Shown one piece after another: positions 29,627 through 37,171 of a stretch of 64,000 bases of DNA; positions within the stretch are counted from its first letter, which is position 1, and each line of letters begins with the position of its first letter. The notes under the pieces are model-generated. The model was given only the letters and a program-made list of their open reading frames with translations. It ran no database searches and was not told the origin of the DNA. The DNA comes from Candidatus Lustribacter sp. (GTDB lineage: Bacteria > Vulcanimicrobiota > Vulcanimicrobiia > Vulcanimicrobiales > Vulcanimicrobiaceae): positions 4,608,001-4,672,000 of the forward strand of contig OZ255842.1 of the NCBI GenBank assembly GCA_965277805.1, written 5' to 3'. Position numbers and translations under genes: made by a program.

Positions 29627-30559
29627 ATGACGCATACCGGACAACGAACGCGTGACGACGGTCACCGGAGCGGGAACTTCCCGGGCATCGCGAAGCGACG
29701 GCTCGTGCTGGATGTCGACCGGTCGTTTCGAGCGCTTGCTTCGGGTGGCGCGTTACACGTCGAAGGTTCGCCGCGCGGATCCGGCCTGTTGTTTTTGCAC
29801 GGCGTCGGCGGCGGCGCGTGGTCGTGGCGGTCGCAGTGCGACGCGTTCGCGGCGACGCATCGGCTCTTCGTGTGGGAAGCGCGCGGACATGGGGCGGCCG
29901 CGCGGATCGAAGATGCCGGACTCGCCGACTATTACACCGATGCGCAGGAAGCGCTGGCGGCAGCGGTTGACGAAGCGCGCGGCCCGGTCACCGTGGCCGC
30001 GCACTCGATGGGCGGTCTGCTCGCGTTCGCCTTGGCAACGCGCTACCCGGCCTCGGTAAAAGCGTTGTTTCTGGTCGACCCGGTGTATGCGACGGGTGAC
30101 GAAGCGTACGGCCACTTTTCGCCGCAGGCCGGCGCGATCGCGCGCGCGCTTTGTACGCCGTTGCTGCGCTCGTTCGCACGCGACGGCTTTTTGAGCCGGC
30201 TCGTTGCGCGCTGGGTGTTCGCGCGAGCGTTCGAAGATCGCGCGCGGATGGAGGCCGCGTGGCAACAGCAGCGACGCCAGATTCCGTTCGAGTATCCCCG
30301 CATGCTCGACGAGTCGTTCGGCCGGCCGGAGGGCTTCGAGCTGCGCGATTTCGCTCGCGAGATCAGCATTCCGACTGCGCTGATCGAAGGCTCGCCGGTA
30401 GCGGGGCGGATGCGTTTTCCGGCGCTGGTTCGCACGCTCGGCGAGCGCTTGGGGTCAAATTTCCGCCACGAGATCGTTGCCGGCGGTCACTACCTGCAGC
30501 TCGACCGGCCGGACGAAGTGAACGCGTTGCTGGCCCAGTTTCTCGAACGCTACGGCTGA
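29627..30559 (+). CDS. Alpha/beta hydrolase
   Basis: FLHGVGG, AHSMGG nucleophile elbow, GGHYLQLDRP; true start may lie further downstream. Confidence 0.85.
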   Translation: MTHTGQRTRDDGHRSGNFPGIAKRRLVLDVDRSFRALASGGALHVEGSPRGSGLLFLHGVGGGAWSWRSQCDAFAATHRLFVWEARGHGAAARIEDAGLADYYTDAQEALAAAVDEARGPVTVAAHSMGGLLAFALATRYPASVKALFLVDPVYATGDEAYGHFSPQAGAIARALCTPLLRSFARDGFLSRLVARWVFARAFEDRARMEAAWQQQRRQIPFEYPRMLDESFGRPEGFELRDFAREISIPTALIEGSPVAGRMRFPALVRTLGERLGSNFRHEIVAGGHYLQLDRPDEVNALLAQFLERYG

Positions 30560-31545
30560 CGTTTTTCCGGTACGCGAATGCGGCCCGCTACGATGGCCGC
30601 ACGGATGCGCTCGACGCGCGCGATGGTCGTGCTGCCGATGGTTCCGCGCGTGTAGGTGAAACCGGTCAGACCGATGCCGTCCTCGGCGAGGCCTAGCACG
30701 CGATGGCCGCTCTCTGATTTTCCGCCCGCGCTTTCGACGCACGCTCGCAGCGCCGCGTTGCCGGCGCGCTTCACGACGCTCGTCAACACCTTTCCCGGCG
30801 CCAAACCGTCTTGGTCGGTATCGGCGCCGATGGCATACGCGCGCGCATGGTGTGCAACGGTATCGATCGCCGCCAGGCCCGCGGGCCCGGCGACGACGAA
30901 CACGATGTCGGCACCGTCGGCCAGCGCAGTTCGCGCGGCGCCTGCGGCCGGGGCGGAATCGGTGAAGGACGTCAAGTAGCGCACGGTCGTGCGCACGGAC
31001 GGATCGGCGTAGCGCGCACCGGCAACGAATCCCGCTTCGGAACGCTGCAGCAACGGCACGTCGGCGCCGCCGATGAACGCAACGTGGTGCGTCTTCGAGA
31101 CGTACGCTGCCAGCGCGCCGGCGAGAAACGCGCCTTGCGCCTCGTCGAACGTAATCGACTGGACGTTCGGTAGATCCACCACGGCATCGATCAGCGCGAA
31201 ATGCGTGCCTTCGAAGCGGCGTGCTACGGTGGCCAACGCCGGGGCCTCGCCGTAGCCGACGCCGATAACGGTGTCGTATTTCTCGGTGGCATAGAGCACG
31301 AGCTTGGGCTCGATGTCGGCATCGCTCGCCGGCACCGCCGTGGCGACCGCGGCTTCCGTCTGTTTGGCACATGTCGTGAGCGCCGAACGGACGGCGTCGT
31401 TGAAGCCGTGGTCGCCAAAGCCTCCGGCGCCCGCGATAAATGCGATCTGCGGTCGCGGCGGCGCCGCCGCTTTCGCGCTGCAGCCTGCAGCGAGGACCGC
31501 CGCAACGCCGAGCGCGCTGCAGAACCGGGGAATGCGGGCGAACAT
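30550..31545 (-). CDS. BMP-family ABC substrate-binding lipoprotein
   Basis: Lipobox AAGC, GDHGFND, QGAFLAG, GADIVF, IGADTDQ, LTSVVK. Confidence 0.88.
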   Translation of the reverse strand: MFARIPRFCSALGVAAVLAAGCSAKAAAPPRPQIAFIAGAGGFGDHGFNDAVRSALTTCAKQTEAAVATAVPASDADIEPKLVLYATEKYDTVIGVGYGEAPALATVARRFEGTHFALIDAVVDLPNVQSITFDEAQGAFLAGALAAYVSKTHHVAFIGGADVPLLQRSEAGFVAGARYADPSVRTTVRYLTSFTDSAPAAGAARTALADGADIVFVVAGPAGLAAIDTVAHHARAYAIGADTDQDGLAPGKVLTSVVKRAGNAALRACVESAGGKSESGHRVLGLAEDGIGLTGFTYTRGTIGSTTIARVERIRAAIVAGRIRVPEKRQP

Positions 31546-31689
31546 GGGCGCTGCATGTACGCCTCCGCCCGTCGAGGACCTTCGGGCGTACCCAAGTCAC
31601 AGAACCGCCGTTCGTTCGGCGTTATCGTAAGCGTGGTGCTTGGGGTGAACATCGCCCGCGCCGGTCGTTGGAAGAGGGGGCCATACAGC

Positions 31690-32166
31690 ATGGGAGCATT
31701 TGCTACGGTGACGATGGCGGTCGATCTCACGCGGCGCCACAACGCCGCAGAAGCAGTGCAGTCGATCGTCGCGGGCTTTCCCGGCACGCGCAGCGTAGCG
31801 CTCGACGAGACCGCCGGTACGGTTACCTTCGATCTGCACTTTCCGGGAAACCTCAGCGGTTTGGTCCGCCGGCTATTCGACGGTTTGATCCCGGTGGGCG
31901 AGCAAGCACGAGTGTCGTTGCCGGTACAGAGCCTAGCGCCCGAGCTGATCGCCGGCGGTCCGGATATCGTCGCCGCGCGCGTCGTCGAAGGCGCGCACGT
32001 GTGGGACGTGGCGTTTGCCCGGGGCATGTACGTCGAGTCGGCCCGGCTCGATGGCGGACGCCTCGAAGCATCGATCGTCCCGCATTCGAACGCGATGCAC
32101 CAGATCTACGATTCGCTGCTAACGCTCGGTCTCGTCGTCAACGATCCGGCGGGGTCGCTCGTCTGA
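31690..32166 (+). CDS. Hypothetical protein upstream of crtB
   Basis: ATG 31690 after GAGGGGG; stop overlaps the crtB start. Confidence 0.65.
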   Translation: MGAFATVTMAVDLTRRHNAAEAVQSIVAGFPGTRSVALDETAGTVTFDLHFPGNLSGLVRRLFDGLIPVGEQARVSLPVQSLAPELIAGGPDIVAARVVEGAHVWDVAFARGMYVESARLDGGRLEASIVPHSNAMHQIYDSLLTLGLVVNDPAGSLV

Positions 32167-33053
32167 CCGCAAGCGCAGCCCTGGCCGCAGCGACCGTTCG
32201 CGCCCTCGAGCTCCCCGATGTCGACGCCAGCTACGCGCTGTGCCGCGACATTGCCAAGGAACACTCGAAGACGTTCTATTTTGCGTCGCTCTTTCTCACG
32301 CCCGAGAAGCGCCGCGCCGTGTGGGCGATCTACGCCTTCTGCCGTTCCGCGGACGACGTTGCCGACTCGTCCCAACCGGCCGCGCAGCGGCTTGCCGCAA
32401 TCGACGATTGGCAGGGCCGTCTCGTGGCGGCCTACGATGGGCGCCCCGACCACCCGTTGATGGTGGCGTTGGCCGACGCGGTCAAGCAGTTCCACATTCC
32501 GATCGAACCGGCGTTGCAGCTGCTCTCCGGCGCGCGCCAAGACGTGGTGGTGCGCCGCTACGAAACCTACGAAGAGCTGCGCCGCTACTGCTATCTCGTT
32601 GCCTCGACCGTGGGGCTGCTCGTATGCCCACTGCTCGGGTACGAATCGGGCGCACTCGGATACGGGATCGAGCTCGGGCGGGCAATGCAGATGACGAACA
32701 TCCTGCGTGACGTCGGCGAAGACAGCCGCCTCGGGCGCATCTATCTGCCGGCCGAAGATCTGCGGCGCTTCAACTACACCGAAGCGCGGCTGCTGGCGGG
32801 CACCGTCGACCGCGACTTCATCGCGCTGATGCGGTTCCAAATCGCGCGAGTGCGCGCCATGTACGAAGAGGCGGCTCCGGGGATCGAGTTGCTGGCGCCG
32901 GGCAGCCGCTACACGGTGCGCCTCGCACTCTCGTTATATCGCCGGATCCTCGCGGAGATCGAACGCAACGGATACGACGTTTTCACCCGCCGGGCGCACG
33001 TTCCGGCGCGCGCAAAACTCGTCACGGCCATGACGACCGCTTTGATCCGTTAA
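32163..33053 (+). CDS. crtB: Phytoene synthase; probable CTG start
   Basis: HSKTFYFAS, IYAFCRSADD, YCYLVASTVG, QMTNILRDVGED, GRIYLP. Confidence 0.93.
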   Translation: MTASAALAAATVRALELPDVDASYALCRDIAKEHSKTFYFASLFLTPEKRRAVWAIYAFCRSADDVADSSQPAAQRLAAIDDWQGRLVAAYDGRPDHPLMVALADAVKQFHIPIEPALQLLSGARQDVVVRRYETYEELRRYCYLVASTVGLLVCPLLGYESGALGYGIELGRAMQMTNILRDVGEDSRLGRIYLPAEDLRRFNYTEARLLAGTVDRDFIALMRFQIARVRAMYEEAAPGIELLAPGSRYTVRLALSLYRRILAEIERNGYDVFTRRAHVPARAKLVTAMTTALIR

Positions 33054-33054
33054 C

Positions 33055-34131
33055 GTGTCCAGTCAGCTCGCCACCCTGTTGCGTAAGGGCGCCCCGGTCT
33101 ACCGCGATCTGTGGATCGCGCAGTCGCGCGAAGGCTTCGGCACCGAACCCAAAGCGGAAGTCGTGCACCAGCACCTCGGCTATTGGGATGCGATCGCTAA
33201 GGCCGTCGAGGACAACGAGTTCTCCGAGCTGATGAAGCTCTCGCGGGAAGCGGGGCAGTACCAGTTCTCGATGAGCATCGATCTCTCCGAAGCGGTGCGG
33301 CGCACCGTCGAAGCGACGAACATGATCGAGATTGCGCTGCTCGAGGTCAACGACGAGGCTCCCTCGATCGAGATCATCAGCGAGATTGCCGAACTGCGCT
33401 CGATGATCGTGATGGCGGTCGTCGCGGGCTACAATGGCGCCTTCAGCGCGATGGAGAAGCGCCCGACGGCAAGCGATCCGTTACGTGTGGCCCTGATGCG
33501 GTCGCCGAAGAAATACTCGGCGGTCAATCTAAAGACGCGCGACGAGATTGCCCCGCTCTACGATGAGGAGATGCGTTTTTACGCCGTCGAGAGCGGCAAG
33601 GTACGCCTGTACAACCTCTTGCCGAACGGCCGCGCGATCACGCTCTCGATCCTGAGCGAAGGCGACGTGTTCTTCCAATGGCGCACGCAAACCGGCAGCT
33701 TGTCGTGCATCTGCGCTGAGGCAATGGCGCCCTCGCGCGTCATCGGGGTTTCCGAGAAGGATCTGATCGAGCTGCTCGGAGCGCAGCCTGCGGCCGCCGT
33801 CGACGTGATCGGCAACTTCGCGCGCCGCCTGACCGAGAGCCAAGTGCTGATCGAAGATCTCATGAACAACAGCATCAACCTGCGCCTGTATCGCACGTTA
33901 CTCGAACTCGCACGCGAGTTCGGGCGCAAGCCGGCGGCCGCCAATTCCGTGATCATCGACATGCCGCTCACGCATCAGCGCCTGGCCGATATGATTGGGA
34001 GCAACCGGGTCACGGTCACGCGGAAGTTGCTCGAGCTGCAAAAGCGCGGCGTGATCGCCGCACGCGGCAGCGGCTCGATCGAGATCCTCGATCTAGATGC
34101 GTTGAACCGCTTGACCGTCCACGACGACTGA
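33055..34131 (+). CDS. Crp/Fnr-family regulator with ~140 aa extra N-terminal domain; NtcA-like recognition helix
   Basis: VESGKVRL cNMP-like barrel; PLTHQRLADMIGSNRVTVTRKL HTH. Confidence 0.9.
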   Translation: MSSQLATLLRKGAPVYRDLWIAQSREGFGTEPKAEVVHQHLGYWDAIAKAVEDNEFSELMKLSREAGQYQFSMSIDLSEAVRRTVEATNMIEIALLEVNDEAPSIEIISEIAELRSMIVMAVVAGYNGAFSAMEKRPTASDPLRVALMRSPKKYSAVNLKTRDEIAPLYDEEMRFYAVESGKVRLYNLLPNGRAITLSILSEGDVFFQWRTQTGSLSCICAEAMAPSRVIGVSEKDLIELLGAQPAAAVDVIGNFARRLTESQVLIEDLMNNSINLRLYRTLLELAREFGRKPAAANSVIIDMPLTHQRLADMIGSNRVTVTRKLLELQKRGVIAARGSGSIEILDLDALNRLTVHDD

Positions 34132-34758
34132 GGCCCGCGGCACCATTGTCGCGACGCGCGCGGCGGGCACCGGCGGATTGCGGAGCGTGGGTTCGGTGCC
34201 TTCGCTCAGGCGCGCATAGCTATTGCGGAAGCGGCTCGCGACGAGCAGCAGCATCGCGACGCCCGCGAACGCGGCCGGGGCACCCGCAAAGAACCAGAGC
34301 GAAACGACCGTGATCGCTGCCGCCGTGAGCGAACCCGCGACGGCGTAGTTGCTGCCGGCCGCGACCGTAACCCAAACCCCGAAATAGACGATCGCGGCCG
34401 GCCAGCACACGCCGATCAGCGCGCCGAACTCGGCCGCAACGCCGGTGCCGCCGTCGAAGCGGCGCCACGGACAGTAGGTGTGTCCGGCTACCACGGCAAC
34501 GGCGGCGAGCAAGCCGACGTCGAGGCCGCCACCGTGGGTGGCGATCGCAACCGGGATTGCGGCCTTGACGGTGTTCATGGCCGGCGCGAGGGCGACCGCG
34601 GTACGGGCGATCCGCGCGTCCAAACCGGCGAAGAGCCAATGCATGATCGGCGTGACCGGGATCGAGCCCATCAGCACGGCAAAAACGACGGCGGCCAGCT
34701 CCCGGATGTAGAGATTGCCGTAGAACCAATTATGGAGCAGGGCCTCGTTGACGACCAT
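34093..34758 (-). CDS. plsY: Glycerol-3-phosphate acyltransferase PlsY-like
   Basis: LMGSIP, VVAGHTYCPW..FDGGTGVA; motif 1 (GSGNxGATN) appears missing. Confidence 0.7.
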   Translation of the reverse strand: MVVNEALLHNWFYGNLYIRELAAVVFAVLMGSIPVTPIMHWLFAGLDARIARTAVALAPAMNTVKAAIPVAIATHGGGLDVGLLAAVAVVAGHTYCPWRRFDGGTGVAAEFGALIGVCWPAAIVYFGVWVTVAAGSNYAVAGSLTAAAITVVSLWFFAGAPAAFAGVAMLLLVASRFRNSYARLSEGTEPTLRNPPVPAARVATMVPRASVVVDGQAVQRI

Positions 34759-34780
34759 CAGCTGCCTTTATCCGCTCGGG

Positions 34781-34796
34781 TGTGCCGACCGCTACA
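34781..34796. promoter_or_regulatory. Degenerate NtcA-type box TGTGCC-GACC-GCTACA; -10 TAGTAT 34819-34824
   Basis: Right half identical to the 35866 box; same ~-42.5 geometry. Confidence 0.55.
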
Positions 34797-34891
34797 ACGT
34801 GCGTGATGCATCGGGCGTTAGTATCATTTCACCACTCGAATGCCGTCCCTACTTTTTCGGGACTCATTGTGTGCTGGAGGAGAAAGCGTAC

Positions 34892-35086
34892 ATGCAAGCG
34901 ATTCGTCGCACCTTGCTGGCCCTCGCAGCAGTCGTGGCCGGCACGGCGCCTGCGGCTGCCCAAACGGCTGCAGCCACGACCGATACCGGACCAAGTCTGT
35001 TGTGGGTTTGGGTCTGGATTCTCGTCGCGGGCATCATCATCATGATCGTCGGCACCAGCCTCGGCGTCAACTCGAACCGCCGTTAA
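34892..35086 (+). CDS. Small protein: signal peptide + single TM helix (64 aa)
   Basis: GGAGGAG RBS; MQAIRRTLLALAAVVAGTAPAAAQ...LLWVWVWILVAGIIIMIVG. Confidence 0.75.
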   Translation: MQAIRRTLLALAAVVAGTAPAAAQTAAATTDTGPSLLWVWVWILVAGIIIMIVGTSLGVNSNRR

Positions 35087-35089
35087 CCG

Positions 35090-35176
35090 GTGTTCTGGAT
35101 TGTCATGGTGATCTTCGTGGCGGGAATTCTCGTCGCTCCGGTCATCGCGATACTCGCCGGCCGCCGAACGGGATAA
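35090..35176 (+). CDS. 28-aa single-TM peptide MFWIVMVIFVAGILVAPVIAILAGRRTG
   Basis: GTG 3 nt after the upstream stop; GC-rich third positions; TM followed by basic tail; below ORF-track cutoff. Confidence 0.55.
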   Translation: MFWIVMVIFVAGILVAPVIAILAGRRTG

Positions 35177-35200
35177 GTCGCTAAACGGACGGACCGGGCG

Positions 35201-35911
35201 ATGATGACCGTGCTCCACGTGTTCTTCGGGACGCTGGCACTCATCGTCGCGCCGGTAGCGTTCTGCGTGCGCAAGGGCGGCGCTTGGCATCGCCGGCTGG
35301 GCTTCGCGTTCATACTGGCCATGGCGATCGTGCTCTTCAGTGCCGGGTTTCTGTGGCAAGCCAAAGGTCATATTTTTCTGTTGCCGCTGGCCGCCGTCAG
35401 CGGCTATTTGATCTTCAACGGGTACCGCGCGGTCGTGCGGCATCGGCGGCCCGTTGCCGACCCATTTGAAGATCGCGTCGACATGCTCGCCGCCGGCATC
35501 GCGTTGCTGGCGGCGTCCGGCATCGTCTACCTGGCGGCGACCGCAGCCGGCCCGTTGATGCTGAGCATCCGCCCGGCGCTCGTGGGCATCGGCGCGATCG
35601 CCGTCGCCTTTGCGTCCAACGAGGTGCTGGGATTCTTCGGCCCGCGCATGCGGCTCGGTTGGCTCCTTTCACATTTTGCCGGCATGATTGCCGCCTACAT
35701 CTCCGCCGTCACCGCGTTCGCCGTGATCAACGCGCACGACGTCCCGATGATGGTGCGCTGGATCGTGCCGAGCACGATCGGCGCCTCCCTGATCGTGGGC
35801 CTCACGCTGCGTTACCTCCGGCGCGAGCGGCCGGTGGGGGTGGCCGGATCGAATTGCGGCGAGCCGGTAGCAACGGCTACAGCGCCCGGTCACCGTTTCG
35901 TACTACATTAG
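35201..35911 (+). CDS. Polytopic membrane protein (DUF2306-like)
   Basis: LHVFFG...RKGGAWHRRLG, WLLSHFAGMIAAYISAVTAF. Confidence 0.7.
   Translation: MMTVLHVFFGTLALIVAPVAFCVRKGGAWHRRLGFAFILAMAIVLFSAGFLWQAKGHIFLLPLAAVSGYLIFNGYRAVVRHRRPVADPFEDRVDMLAAGIALLAASGIVYLAATAAGPLMLSIRPALVGIGAIAVAFASNEVLGFFGPRMRLGWLLSHFAGMIAAYISAVTAFAVINAHDVPMMVRWIVPSTIGASLIVGLTLRYLRRERPVGVAGSNCGEPVATATAPGHRFVLH
35866..35881. promoter_or_regulatory. NtcA-type box GGTAGC-AACG-GCTACA (GTA-N8-TAC); -10 TACATT 35904-35909; puf promoter
   Basis: GTAGC/GCTAC palindrome centred ~42.5 bp upstream of predicted TSS ~35916. Confidence 0.75.
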
Positions 35912-35965
35912 CCGCACGTCGTTGCTAGAGGGCCGGTCGCCGGCTCTCAGGAGGGCACACTTTCC

Positions 35966-36139
35966 ATGACTCAAGCGGTGGTACTGGAGGTCGGGAACGA
36001 CCGCGTTCCCGACGTGTATCGCGACTTTTTCAACAACGCCGACTGGACGCTGCACAAGTTCGTCGTCGCAGGCTCCTGGTCGTTTTTCATCGTCGCAGTC
36101 GTCGCCCACATTTTCGTGTGGCTGTGGCGGCCGTGGTAG
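35966..36139 (+). CDS. pufB: Light-harvesting antenna beta subunit (57 aa)
   Basis: MTQAVVLEVGNDRVPDVYRDFFNNADWTLHKFVVAGSWSFFIVAVVAHIFVWLWRPW; AH..W.WRPW motif; AGGAGG RBS; absent from ORF track. Confidence 0.95.
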   Translation: MTQAVVLEVGNDRVPDVYRDFFNNADWTLHKFVVAGSWSFFIVAVVAHIFVWLWRPW

Positions 36140-36157
36140 GGAGTTGAGAAAAGCAGC

Positions 36158-36340
36158 ATGACCGTTCGTACAGGCTACAATTTCCGCGCGGTTCTCGGCG
36201 CCTACATCCTCGCCGGCGTCGTCGTCGCGTTCCTCATCCACTTCATCGTCCTCAGCTCGCCGCGCTACAACTGGATCTTTCCGGTAAACAGCACGACGAT
36301 GACGACGACGACCGTCAATCCAGCACCTGGGGCTAAATAG
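36158..36340 (+). CDS. pufA: Light-harvesting antenna alpha subunit
   Basis: AFLIHFIVLSSPRYNW motif. Confidence 0.95.
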   Translation: MTVRTGYNFRAVLGAYILAGVVVAFLIHFIVLSSPRYNWIFPVNSTTMTTTTVNPAPGAK

Positions 36341-36352
36341 GAGCGGAGCGCC

Positions 36353-37171
36353 GTGGCTGATCTCGAGTTTCTCGAGTTTGAGAGCGCCTATCGCAAGCCC
36401 GGCAACACGCTCTTCTCGTTGATCCTGGGCGACGACCCGTTCGATTTCTGGGTCGGCCGCTATTACGTCGGGTTCTTCGGAGTGATCGCGCTGGTCGCGA
36501 TCGCGATGGGGGTAACGATCCTCTTCGTCGCCGTCGGTCAGTACGGGGATTGGGATTTGTTACGTGCGGTGGTACCTTCACCGGACCGGTCGGTCGGTCT
36601 CGGCTGGGCGCCGTTCCTCCATGGCGGTGCGTGGCAAGCCGTGATCATCCTGGCGACGGTGTCGTTCGTCGCGTGGGGACTGCGCGAGGTCGATATCTGC
36701 CGCAAGCTTCAGATGGGCTTCCATATCCCGGCGATGTTCAGCTTGGCGATCTCCGCCTGGGTGGTGCTGCAGATCCTGCGGCCCCTGCTCATGGGCTGCT
36801 GGTGCGAGGGCTTCGATCTCGGCTTCACCGGTCACCTGACGTGGGTTTCCAACACCGGTTTCAAGTACCTGAATTTTTACGACAACCCGTTCCACGCATA
36901 CGCCGTCCTGGGGTTCTTCCTTACGGCGATGGTGCTCGCGATGCACGGCTCAGCGATTCTCGGCACGTACAACACCGATAAAGACCCCAACGTCGAAATG
37001 CGGCGCGAAGACTCGTTCTGGCGCGACTACGTCGGGTACTCGATCGGCGAGTACGGCATCCACCGCCTAGGCTTCTATCTCGCCGTCTACACGCTCGTCA
37101 TGTCGGATCTGTGCATCCTGACGAGCGGGACGCTGGTACAAGACTGGGTCGACTTTTGGCATCCATTCTGA
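36353..37171 (+). CDS. pufL: Type II reaction centre L subunit
   Basis: DPFDFWVGRYYVGFFG, REVDICRKL, GHLTWVSN, NPFH, AMHG, GYSIGEYGIHRLG. Confidence 0.98.
   Translation: MADLEFLEFESAYRKPGNTLFSLILGDDPFDFWVGRYYVGFFGVIALVAIAMGVTILFVAVGQYGDWDLLRAVVPSPDRSVGLGWAPFLHGGAWQAVIILATVSFVAWGLREVDICRKLQMGFHIPAMFSLAISAWVVLQILRPLLMGCWCEGFDLGFTGHLTWVSNTGFKYLNFYDNPFHAYAVLGFFLTAMVLAMHGSAILGTYNTDKDPNVEMRREDSFWRDYVGYSIGEYGIHRLGFYLAVYTLVMSDLCILTSGTLVQDWVDFWHPF

Noticed and set aside
31440-33053. 537-aa CrtB with N-terminal extension
   Set aside because: The extension is Arg-rich shadow sequence overlapping the 31690 gene
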